Origin: a virus
Virus record (IMG/VR): IMGVR_UViG_3300048015_000019
Coordinates: 1-61,065 of that record
Reading direction: 5' to 3' (one strand)
DNA: 61,065 bases
Part shown: positions 50,250 through 57,665 of the stretch, in pieces
How the letters are laid out: each line of letters begins with the position of its first letter
How positions within the stretch are numbered: position 1 is the stretch's first letter
Made by a program: the position numbers and the translations under genes
Notes under the pieces: model-generated
The model's database searches: none
What the model was told of the DNA's origin: nothing
Seen by the model: only the letters and a program-made list of their open reading frames with translations

Positions 50250-51440
50250 TCAGAACTCCACCACGACATGGGCGATCTGCCGGTTGACCAAAGCCAGCAC
50301 CACACGCCGCGCTTGTTCCTCGTCGAGGTCGGCATGCGACATCAGGCCGATCTTGATGGCGCCCATGATCTTCGCGCGGTGCGTCTTGTTTGCGGCGCAG
50401 CGCTGTTCCTCGGTTTCAGCGGCGGCCTTGTTATCGGCCATGCGCTTTTGCTCTGCGGCGATGGCTCGGTCGCGCTCCCAGATGGCTTCTTGCTGCGCCT
50501 GGGCGCGGTCAGCCTCCGCCTTCTGCTCGGCAGCAATCCGCTCACGCTCGGCGCGCTCAACGGCTTCTCGTGCGTCGGCCAGGGCCTTGTCGGCGCGGCG
50601 TTCGGCGTCCAGGCGCGCTTGTTCGGCAGCTTGGGCCGCGCGTTCGGCCTGAGCGCGTTCGTCGGCCAAGCGCCGCTCGGATTCTTGCGCCTCGCGTGCC
50701 GCCCGCATCCGTTCCTCCGCCAGCAGCCGCGCGGCTTCGGCTTCAGCGGCCTGGCGCGCGCGATCGGCGGCTTCAGCGGCAATCCGCATTTCGTGTTCGC
50801 GCTGACGCCGCGCAGCCTCCTCGCGCTGGCGTTCTTCCTCGGCCGCACGAAGCCTGGCCAGTTCTGCGCGCTCGGCGTCACGCTGCTCGACCTGGGTGCG
50901 CAGCTTGGTCAGCTTCACCCGCGTGCCGATGATCGCATCCGCCGCGCGATCGCTGAATTCCTGCCAGTCACGATCCGGCAGGTTGTCGAGGTCCTCGATC
51001 CTCTGAACGACGACGAACAGCGTAGGCTCGGGTCCCATTTCGCCAAGGCTCAGGATGTTAACAAGCGCTGTCTCATGGTCCGCTACGCGCTGTTTTTCCT
51101 GGTTTTCCCATGCGGTCAGCGGCGCGCGCACTTTGTTGCGCAGCTCGTCCATGCGCTCCTCAATGATGGCGCATTCAGCGTTCACCGACTTGGTCTGCTT
51201 GCGCCAGCCCTCGGTCAGCCCCTTTCCAATCCGGATCAGTTCGGACTTGGATTTAGCGATTTCGTAGGCCAGCGATCGCATCTCCTCGCGGCCGGCCTTG
51301 GTCGAGATGTCCGGCCGAAACGCGGCCACCTTGCGGGCGATGCTGGCAAGAATGCCGTCGGTATCAGCGGCGACGATGGTCGAGATGGTGGCGGGTTGGA
51401 TGACGGCTAGGCCGGTCGGCTGGTCAATGGTATCGGACAT
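50250..51440 (-). CDS. DUF1351-like protein with a long Ala/Glu/Arg coiled coil
   Basis: The N-terminal region resembles DUF1351 phage proteins. The central section is made of AEAEAARLLAEERMRAAREAQ-type repeats. Confidence 0.5.
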   Translation of the reverse strand: MSDTIDQPTGLAVIQPATISTIVAADTDGILASIARKVAAFRPDISTKAGREEMRSLAYEIAKSKSELIRIGKGLTEGWRKQTKSVNAECAIIEERMDELRNKVRAPLTAWENQEKQRVADHETALVNILSLGEMGPEPTLFVVVQRIEDLDNLPDRDWQEFSDRAADAIIGTRVKLTKLRTQVEQRDAERAELARLRAAEEERQREEAARRQREHEMRIAAEAADRARQAAEAEAARLLAEERMRAAREAQESERRLADERAQAERAAQAAEQARLDAERRADKALADAREAVERAERERIAAEQKAEADRAQAQQEAIWERDRAIAAEQKRMADNKAAAETEEQRCAANKTHRAKIMGAIKIGLMSHADLDEEQARRVVLALVNRQIAHVVVEF

Positions 51441-51664
51441 CAGCGGGCTCCCAAAAATGCGCGAAGGGGGTTACGGCGTGGGGCGGCGAGGCGGCCTTCC
51501 AGTTCCCGAATACGGTCCTCGGCTTCCAGCAGCAGGACCGGGACATTCGTGAGCAGGAACCGGGTGTTGTGATCGGCCACAATCCGGCCCGGCGTGTTAA
51601 GGGCGTTGGCCTGGGTTTGGGCGGCTGTGGCGAGGCGGTCGGGAAGGGATTGATCGTGGGTCAC
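51440..51664 (-). CDS. Hypothetical protein (74 aa)
   Basis: GTG at 51664 forms a GTGA overlap with the upstream stop. Confidence 0.45.
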   Translation of the reverse strand: MTHDQSLPDRLATAAQTQANALNTPGRIVADHNTRFLLTNVPVLLLEAEDRIRELEGRLAAPRRNPLRAFLGAR

Positions 51665-51894
51665 CACACTGCTCCCGGCTGGATGTCGGCCACCTTGGGC
51701 TTGTCGATCTCCGCCAGTTCGGCGCGCGCCCATGCCAGCGCCGGGTCGAGCAGCACCACGCGGCCGCTGTCGGTGACGACGGTGTAGATGTCTACGAGGC
51801 TACTGCAGATCGTCTTGTCGGCGGTCTGCAAGGACACGGCGTAACGGCCGGTGGCGGGATCGGGTTTTAGGTCGATGATGAGGCGCGGGGTCAT
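51661..51894 (-). CDS. Hypothetical protein (77 aa)
   Basis: ATG at 51894 forms an ATGA overlap with the upstream stop. Confidence 0.5.
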   Translation of the reverse strand: MTPRLIIDLKPDPATGRYAVSLQTADKTICSSLVDIYTVVTDSGRVVLLDPALAWARAELAEIDKPKVADIQPGAVW

Positions 51895-52160
51895 GGTGCC
51901 CCTCCCATCCGCTCGTCGATCTGCGCCCGCAGCGCAGCCGTAGCTGCTTCCAGGAACGTCAGCCCTTGGAGCGTAGCCGGTATCCGCAGCGCCTCGCCAG
52001 ACCCGCACGGCACGCCGTCGTAACAGGCGTCGCGGGCCAGGATCAGCGTCGGGCCGAGCGCGGCGCATGGTGCCGTGTTGATCGTCAGGGTGTCGGCAAA
52101 CCCGCTGGACTCGTCGCGGAACAGGACGAACCGGCGTTGGGTGGGGGCGATGTGGCTCAT
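51891..52160 (-). CDS. Hypothetical protein (89 aa)
   Basis: ATGA-coupled chain of genes. Confidence 0.5.
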   Translation of the reverse strand: MSHIAPTQRRFVLFRDESSGFADTLTINTAPCAALGPTLILARDACYDGVPCGSGEALRIPATLQGLTFLEAATAALRAQIDERMGGAP

Positions 52161-52423
52161 GCCGCAATCCCCCGCGTCATTACCCGCCGCTCGGCTTTGA
52201 TCCAGGCGGCATCGCGTTCCGTTCGCCGCGCGTCCTCCTGGGCATCGCGCACCGTGGCGATCGCGGCCCGTACGCGCTGGCGTTCGGCCTGGCGGGTATC
52301 ACCGGACGCGGCGAACATCTCGCCCAAGCGCTCATCAAGGACGTTGATCGACCGGATCACGCGGGATTTCGCCCGGGCGGCGGTTTCCAGCAGGTAGCGC
52401 TGGCTGTCGGTCAGCGGGTTCAT
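52157..52423 (-). CDS. Hypothetical protein (88 aa)
   Basis: ATG at 52423 is ATGA-coupled to the upstream gene. Confidence 0.5.
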   Translation of the reverse strand: MNPLTDSQRYLLETAARAKSRVIRSINVLDERLGEMFAASGDTRQAERQRVRAAIATVRDAQEDARRTERDAAWIKAERRVMTRGIAA

Positions 52424-52728
52424 GCCGCCACCTGCTCGGCCGCATGCGCCGTCGCCTTCACCAGCGCCGCGGCGCGCGACATGATCTCGAACCGCTGGGC
52501 CGCCTCGGACAGGCTGGATACCAGAACCGGCGCGGTCGAGGCCAGGTCCGCAGCCTCCTTGCAGATCACTACGCCGGTCGGCACGCCGTGCCGCTCGCAC
52601 ATCGTGGCAAACATCACGCCGTCGTGGTCATACCGGGCAGCGCATTCCGTGGCGGTGGGGATGCGCACGCCGTGCAGCGCTGGGATCCAGGGCGTGTTGG
52701 AGGTGTGGGGGTAAAGAATGGGCATCAC
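52420..52728 (-). CDS. Hypothetical protein (102 aa)
   Basis: ATGA-coupled chain of genes. Confidence 0.5.
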   Translation of the reverse strand: MMPILYPHTSNTPWIPALHGVRIPTATECAARYDHDGVMFATMCERHGVPTGVVICKEAADLASTAPVLVSSLSEAAQRFEIMSRAAALVKATAHAAEQVAA

Positions 52729-53162
52729 ACCAGCCCCATGTCGGCAATGTGGCGGAAGGTCGAATGGCGTCCTACTTGCGCGCCAAGAACCGCCAGATCC
52801 GGTTCGCGCTGTTTAGCAGCGCCAGCCTTACCCGCGTCGGCACCGTCAGATTGGCCGATGCTGTGCGCTCCACGTTCTCCGCTCGCTGCAGCTCGTCCTT
52901 CATCTCGCGCTTGGTCGGCGGAGGCGGTTCCTGTGCCATAGATCAACTTCTCCAGCCCGTGGGTCGCGCAGCCATCATCAGAAAACGCAGTTTCCTGCGG
53001 TGTTTCGGCCTTCGGGACATCACAGAAACCTGTAATGTCGAAGTGGCAAGCATTTTTCCTTACGCTGGCAAACGCATGGACCGTTGACCAAGCAGTCAGA
53101 ATGTCTTGATGTGTGACTACTGTGTCGTAACGAGGATCGGAAAGAATGGGATGCAGGGGCAT
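52725..53162 (-). CDS. Hypothetical protein, first gene of the leftward early operon
   Basis: GGAGA RBS before ATG 53162 (alternative ATG at 53177). Confidence 0.55.
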   Translation of the reverse strand: MPLHPILSDPRYDTVVTHQDILTAWSTVHAFASVRKNACHFDITGFCDVPKAETPQETAFSDDGCATHGLEKLIYGTGTASADQARDEGRAAASGERGAHSIGQSDGADAGKAGAAKQREPDLAVLGAQVGRHSTFRHIADMGLV

Positions 53163-53194
53163 GGGGTGGGTCTCCACATTGGGTGTGGAGACAA

Positions 53195-53245
53195 TTCACC
53201 AAAATGGCGAAGCCTTGTCAATGACAAATTCACCAAATAGGTGAA
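53195..53245. promoter_or_regulatory. OL-like operators and PL-like promoter
   Basis: TTCACCAAAATGGCGAA (53195-53211) and TTCACCAAATAGGTGAA (53229-53245). The minus strand reads TTGACA-N17-TGAATT, with its -10 inside the first operator. Confidence 0.6.
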
Positions 53246-53351
53246 CTTCTTTTCATAATAATCGGTCGGTTTCAGCCCTCTGCGCTGAGCGCGGGAGAGA
53301 ACCAAAAATTTTCACATCAGGTGGGTGAGAAGAATGGGATCAGTAGTGGGA

Positions 53352-53693
53352 TTAAGACGCGGCAGACTTGTCAGTTTTCAGCCCATAGATCAGGAGGCGG
53401 ACCGCGGAGCGTTCGTCTTCCGCCAAGTCGCGGTAGAATCTGATAAGGCGGAGTTCGTCAGGCTTATTTATCGTCTCGCTCTCAAACGTGGGGGAAACAT
53501 TGTCCCTCTGAGGCGTGATATCCAAAAGTTCGGACCCAAGATGAGGCGCTAATTTCAAACGCCATTCGATAGACAGTTTGCGACTCGAATTTTCCAAACG
53601 CGAGACCTGCTGAAAGCTGCAACCGATCAAATCGGCCAGGCCTTCCTGCGTCAATCCCTTTGCTATGCGTAACTCTCTGACTTTGTTCTGCAT
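53352..53693 (-). CDS. cI: CI-like XRE-family HTH repressor (no S24 peptidase domain)
   Basis: MQNKVRELRIAKGLTQEGLADLIGCSFQQVSRLENSSRKLS. Flanked by operators. A+T-richer locus. Confidence 0.75.
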   Translation of the reverse strand: MQNKVRELRIAKGLTQEGLADLIGCSFQQVSRLENSSRKLSIEWRLKLAPHLGSELLDITPQRDNVSPTFESETINKPDELRLIRFYRDLAEDERSAVRLLIYGLKTDKSAAS

Positions 53694-53694
53694 A

Positions 53695-53779
53695 GGTGAA
53701 TTATCGCCAATCCGGTGACGATCTCCAGCGCCAAGCTGGTGAATTATCGCTTGACGCAAACTCACCAACATGGTGAATA
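53695..53779. promoter_or_regulatory. OR-like operator region with PR-like and PRM-like promoters
   Basis: GGTGAATTATCGC occurs twice (53695-53707 and 53738-53750). CTCACCAACATGGTGAA at 53761-53777. Plus strand: TTGACG(53751)-N17-TGAATA(53774). Minus strand: GCGATAATTCACCT lies directly before the cI ATG. Confidence 0.6.
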
Positions 53780-53787
53780 TGCGGTCC

Positions 53788-54018
53788 ATGAACCTGAAAA
53801 CCTTCCTCGACACCGAGAACATCCGTCCCGCAACGTTTGCGGAATCGGTCGGCGTCACCACGCAGGCGTTGTATCGCTACATCTCTGGTGATCGCCTTCC
53901 ACGTCGCGATGTGATGGACAGGATCATTGCGGCGACAGCACATCGCGTGCAGCCAAATGACTTTTTTGAGCGGGCACTCGCCGACCAGCAAACATCACCC
54001 GCGGAGGCCGCAGCATGA
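53788..54018 (+). CDS. cro: Cro-like HTH protein
   Basis: IRPATFAESVGVTTQALYRYISGDRLP is an HTH. ATG 53788 lies just downstream of the predicted PR -10. In-frame alternatives at 53770 and 53779 fall inside the operator or -10. Confidence 0.65.
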   Translation: MNLKTFLDTENIRPATFAESVGVTTQALYRYISGDRLPRRDVMDRIIAATAHRVQPNDFFERALADQQTSPAEAAA

Positions 54019-54026
54019 TGCGGGTA

Positions 54027-54257
54027 TCATTGCGTCTGCCGCAGATGCTGAATCGCTTCAATGATTTGCTGGGCAGCGAACAGCACTGCAGCGATCGTTA
54101 TGGATGCCCACGCCGAGTGTATGCGCGTGATGAACACCCACGCCATTTTCTCCGCATCGTCGGCACGAGTCTGCTTCATTTTTGTCCGCAGATTGAGAAA
54201 TTGCCAGACGCCGTAGCAGAACGTGATGGTGGTCATCGTATTGAGCAGCCAAGGCAT
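54027..54257 (-). CDS. Small two-TM membrane protein, opposite orientation to the surrounding operon (moron-like)
   Basis: Strong AAGGAGGG RBS. MPWLLNTMTTITFCYGVWQFLNL...AWASITIAAVLFAAQQII. A+T-richer locus. Confidence 0.6.
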   Translation of the reverse strand: MPWLLNTMTTITFCYGVWQFLNLRTKMKQTRADDAEKMAWVFITRIHSAWASITIAAVLFAAQQIIEAIQHLRQTQ

Positions 54258-54283
54258 TTTACCCTCCTTGAGGTCATGGCAGC

Positions 54284-54742
54284 ATGAGCGCGCCATTTCG
54301 CACCCCCGATGTCGTGATCGGCGGCCATGATCGGCCATACCTGCGCCGCTGGCACCTGATTCCCCGGAATCGCTGGTTCAACATTTATCTGCATCATTTC
54401 CTCCGGTCGGACGACGATCGTGCGCTGCATGATCATCCCTGGTGGAACGCGTCGATCCTGTTGCGTGGACGCTACCGCGAGCACGTTCGGCTTTCTGGTG
54501 GGGGCACCATTCAGCGCGTTCGGCGGCTGGGCTGCGTGTATCTGCGCCGTGCCGAACAGGCACATCGGGTTGAGTTGCTGCCTGATGGACAAGGCGGAGA
54601 AATGCCGGTTTGGACGCTGTTTCTGACCGGCCCGAAAATTCGCGAGTGGGGTTTCCTCTGCCCAGCCGGCTGGCGGCATTGGATGGACTATGTGCGCCAG
54701 GTTCCGGGCGGGAATGAGATCGGCGAGGGGTGCCGCCAATGA
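54284..54742 (+). CDS. Hypothetical protein with an HDHPW motif (cupin-like?)
   Basis: YLRRWHLIPRNRWFNIYLHHFLRSDDDRALHDHPWWNASILLRG is a recurrent phage family. Function unknown. Confidence 0.6.
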   Translation: MSAPFRTPDVVIGGHDRPYLRRWHLIPRNRWFNIYLHHFLRSDDDRALHDHPWWNASILLRGRYREHVRLSGGGTIQRVRRLGCVYLRRAEQAHRVELLPDGQGGEMPVWTLFLTGPKIREWGFLCPAGWRHWMDYVRQVPGGNEIGEGCRQ

Positions 54743-54820
54743 GCGCCCCGTTCTGCCGAACCATTGCCGAACTCCGCGACGAAGCGCGCAACAGTCCGAT
54801 CCTGTCGCTGATGATCGCGC

Positions 54821-55042
54821 TCACCGAGAAGGCCACCGTTCGAGCTCAGCGAGCAGGTCATTTAGCACCGCCAGCGCCGAATCTCGATCCTCAGGGTGAT
54901 GGCGCTGCGTCTCAAGCGCCAGTGTCGCCGTTACCAGGAGCAGCTTGATGCGCTCGCACTTCTTGTTCGATCGGCGCGCATCATCGAGCAGCATGGCTTG
55001 CAGCAGCGTCCAGGCTGCGAGGCCGGGGCCGGCGTCGGTCAT
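54821..55042 (-). CDS. Small hypothetical protein, opposite orientation (73 aa)
   Basis: AAGGAAAA RBS before ATG 55042. Helical-looking sequence. Confidence 0.45.
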   Translation of the reverse strand: MTDAGPGLAAWTLLQAMLLDDARRSNKKCERIKLLLVTATLALETQRHHPEDRDSALAVLNDLLAELERWPSR

Positions 55043-55234
55043 CACAATTTTCCTTTTCACAGATTGCGGGGCCGAACAGAACCGCCGCTGGCCGGTGGGC
55101 CGGCGTATCGAGACGCGCCTCCCTACCCGCCGGTGCCCGCGCGAAGGTTTCGCCGGCGGTATGGGCAAAGACCGTTCGGCTGAAAACACATGGTCTAAGG
55201 GCGTCACCCACCCCATTTTCTCACGGAGCGCCGC

Positions 55235-55336
55235 ATGATCGATCCTCACGATCCGCGCCCTGGCTTGAGTTGGCGCGCGTGGTTGACCGCGCTTGCATGG
55301 TGGCTGGTGTTTGCGGTCGTGGCAGTCGCCGTATGA
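55235..55336 (+). CDS. 33-aa single-TM peptide (below the ORF-track cutoff)
   Basis: GGAG RBS. MIDPHDPRPGLSWRAWLTALAWWLVFAVVAVAV. ATGA-coupled to the next peptide. Confidence 0.4.
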   Translation: MIDPHDPRPGLSWRAWLTALAWWLVFAVVAVAV

Positions 55337-55464
55337 GCGCGATCGTTCAAACCTTCGGTGCGGCTGGGCTCGTTGCCGTCACTCTCTGGCTCGCCATGCT
55401 CGGTTTGGTCGTCATCGTCGCCATCGCGGCGTTGTCGGAGGCGCTGCGCCATGGACGCGAGTAG
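55333..55464 (+). CDS. 43-aa single-TM peptide
   Basis: MSAIVQTFGAAGLVAVTLWLAMLGLVVIVAIAALSEALRHGRE. Confidence 0.45.
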   Translation: MSAIVQTFGAAGLVAVTLWLAMLGLVVIVAIAALSEALRHGRE

Positions 55465-55605
55465 CCCCGCCATCACGACGGACACCGGCCGCATTCCCCG
55501 ATGCGACCGGCGTATCCCGGGTTCGTTCTGGTCTGACTTCGTGGAACGCTGTCTCGGCAAATACTCGGCTCCTTCTGTCCCGAGCAACATGGAGGAGAAC
55601 AGGTA

Positions 55606-55893
55606 ATGCCGACAACTGTTGAACTTTACATCACATCGCCCGTGTATGCATCAAATGATATACGCGCCCGCATCTCGGCAGCGCTGCTGCGCGCCTATTC
55701 GGCACACCGGCACACGGCAAAACTCTTGGCCCGCGCGACCGGCCGCACGCCGCGTGCCGTCCAGGGGTGGTTGTACGGGCAGAACGCGCCGCCGGCGGAT
55801 GCGTTGATCGACCTGTGCGCCGAGTGCGACGAGCTCGCGGCTGAGATCAATCTGATGATCGAGGAAAGGCGGCGCGCATGCGGTCGTGGTTGA
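55606..55893 (+). CDS. Hypothetical protein (possible HTH)
   Basis: GGAGGAG RBS. TAKLLARATGRTPRAVQGWLYGQN. Confidence 0.6.
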   Translation: MPTTVELYITSPVYASNDIRARISAALLRAYSAHRHTAKLLARATGRTPRAVQGWLYGQNAPPADALIDLCAECDELAAEINLMIEERRRACGRG

Positions 55894-56060
55894 TTGAGTT
55901 TGGCTGGTGCGGCATCGGCGTGTCGCGTTCGCCCATGTGGCGCGCGCGCCTCGGCCTGGTGCAGGTCGGACTGTATCCTGGTTCGATCGTTGCCAGGCTG
56001 GCCAGCGTCGAGGGCCTCGTTCGCAAGACGCGCGAATGGCTGGCTGGGGGTGCTGCATGA
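55878..56060 (+). CDS. Small hypothetical protein (60 aa)
   Basis: Overlaps the previous gene by 16 nt. ATGA-coupled to the next gene. Confidence 0.4.
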   Translation: MRSWLIEFGWCGIGVSRSPMWRARLGLVQVGLYPGSIVARLASVEGLVRKTREWLAGGAA

Positions 56061-56320
56061 ACGCCGAAGCGCGCTTTCGCATGGCCGAGGCTGCTGCTGA
56101 CCGGTATCGCCGGGGTCACGTGGCGCCCGAGTTTCTGGTGTCGCCTTGGCGGTTCCAGCCGCGCGCGTGGGCGCCGGATGAGATCGCTGTGGTGCGCGAT
56201 GGGCTGCTGCGGGGTCGGCCCTACAAGGCGATCGCGCCGCTCGTTGGGGTGCATCTGGACACGCTGAGAAGGGCTGTGGTGCGGGGCGTGTTTGCCGACG
56301 GAGGGGCGTATGACGCCTAG
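56057..56320 (+). CDS. Small protein with one GcrA-N-like/Myb-like HTH
   Basis: WAPDEIAVVRDGLLRGRPYKAIAPLVGVHLDTLRRAVVRG. Confidence 0.5.
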   Translation: MNAEARFRMAEAAADRYRRGHVAPEFLVSPWRFQPRAWAPDEIAVVRDGLLRGRPYKAIAPLVGVHLDTLRRAVVRGVFADGGAYDA

Positions 56321-57104
56321 CGCCACGCTGACCCTGGATATGCCGGCGATGACGGCCGCCCTTAAGGCGCAGACGCGCGTGCTGGAGGACATTCGGGTGC
56401 TGCTGCAGGCGGCGATGAGTGCCGGGCCGGTTATCAAATCGGCGGTCGAGGTTGACGAGCCAGCGCAGCAAGTGGCGATCACGGCAGATCAGGTTGACGA
56501 GCCGGCGGCGCAGGCTGTGCCGTTACCGTCCGCCATGGCGTCATCCTGGACCGAAGGCCGCCGCGCCGCGGTGCGCGACAACTGGCAGGCCAGCGCCGCC
56601 GAGCTTGAGCGCATCGTGAACAATTTGCCGGGGCCCTGGATTGGCCGGACGCAGATCATGGCCTACGGGGTCAAGGTGCTCAAATTGCCGGGCCGCCGGT
56701 CGGTCGAGATCGAGAAGCCGGCGGAGCCTGCGCCGATGCTGTGGAGCACAGAGCGCAAGGCGGTGATCCGCCAGATGTGGGCGCAGCCGCTGGATCAGAT
56801 CGCGGCTGCGGTCAACGCGCTGCCGGGGCCGGCGGTCAATCAGATGCAGGTGCTGAAGCACGGGCAGACGGTTTTGAAGCTGGCGTGGGATCGCAAGCCG
56901 GTTACGCCGGTTACGCCGGTCGCGCCGGTTGCCGCTGCTGCGCCGCACCCCGTCGTCGTCACGGATCTGGCCACTATTCGCGCCTGGGCCGCGCCGCGCG
57001 GGATCGCTGTGGTGTCGCAGGCCGATCTGTCGGGCGTCAACGCCAGGCGGCACTCGCTTGGATTGCCGGCGTTTGAGATCGAAGACCGGCGCCGGCGCGC
57101 CTGA
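56310..57104 (+). CDS. Protein with two tandem GcrA-N-like HTH repeats
   Basis: GGAGGGG RBS. Repeat 1 (56547-56687): WTEGRRAAVRDNWQASAAELERIVNNLPGPWIGRTQIMAYGVKVLKL. Repeat 2 (56742-56882): WSTERKAVIRQMWAQPLDQIAAAVNALPGPAVNQMQVLKHGQTVLKL. Confidence 0.6.
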   Translation: MTPSATLTLDMPAMTAALKAQTRVLEDIRVLLQAAMSAGPVIKSAVEVDEPAQQVAITADQVDEPAAQAVPLPSAMASSWTEGRRAAVRDNWQASAAELERIVNNLPGPWIGRTQIMAYGVKVLKLPGRRSVEIEKPAEPAPMLWSTERKAVIRQMWAQPLDQIAAAVNALPGPAVNQMQVLKHGQTVLKLAWDRKPVTPVTPVAPVAAAAPHPVVVTDLATIRAWAAPRGIAVVSQADLSGVNARRHSLGLPAFEIEDRRRRA

Positions 57105-57131
57105 ACCATTCAACCTGAGAGAGGAAAGCAT

Positions 57132-57665
57132 ATGGGCCGCCCGAAGAAATCAGATTCCACGCCGACCACGCCGATGGTCCGAGAGATCGACGACGAGGAT
57201 ATGCAGCATGCTGTCGAGCTTGCGGCCGACACGCTGACCGGCGACATTCGAGACTTCATTCTCGACCGGTTGCGCTACGAGCAGGACAAGCGGCCCTGGA
57301 ACGCGCGCGGCGAAGATGAGCAGCGTCGCACCGTGCAGGTGGTCGAGGAGGCGGTGCGCAAGCACGTGACCGCGGCCATCGAGATCATCGCCGCCGGCGG
57401 CCGTCGCACCGTGAGTGCCGTGCTCAGCCAGGTGCTCGTGAAGGATGGCCTGAAAGGCGTCATCGAACTCAGCCGATTCGATGATCGCCGACATCAGCTT
57501 ATCGACAGTGTGGGATCGCGCGTCCTCATCGTCGTCGCTGACCCCACCGATTACGAGGGCGAGCGCGCCCCGGTGGAGATCAAGCCCGATCAGGGCGATC
57601 TTGTTGCAGAGGCCATGGCCGTGCATTCGACGGCCGACGGCACCGCGGATCTGACGTTTCACTGA
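57132..57665 (+). CDS. Hypothetical protein (177 aa)
   Basis: GAGAGGAAAG RBS. TGATG-coupled to the helicase. Confidence 0.6.
   Translation: MGRPKKSDSTPTTPMVREIDDEDMQHAVELAADTLTGDIRDFILDRLRYEQDKRPWNARGEDEQRRTVQVVEEAVRKHVTAAIEIIAAGGRRTVSAVLSQVLVKDGLKGVIELSRFDDRRHQLIDSVGSRVLIVVADPTDYEGERAPVEIKPDQGDLVAEAMAVHSTADGTADLTFH

Noticed and set aside
54015-54287. Plus-strand 90-aa ORF, ATGA-coupled to cro.
   Set aside because: Its Arg/Cys/His-rich product is implausible. The overlapping minus-strand ORF (54027-54257) has a near-perfect RBS and two clean TM helices. I am not fully certain, and strand-specific expression data would decide.
54739-54948. Plus-strand ORF (MSAPFCRTIAELRDEARNSPILSL...), ATGA-coupled to the HDHPW-motif gene.
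   Set aside because: Its second half (APPAPNLDPQGDGAASQAPVSPLPGAA) looks like translated antisense of the better-supported minus-strand gene at 54821-55042. A short real product ending earlier cannot exist without a stop. I left it unannotated at low confidence.
55246-55590. Minus-strand 114-aa ORF opposite the two micro-protein genes.
   Set aside because: It has no RBS, and its low-complexity charged product (DGDDDDQTEHGEPESDG) looks unlikely. It overlaps better-supported plus-strand ORFs.
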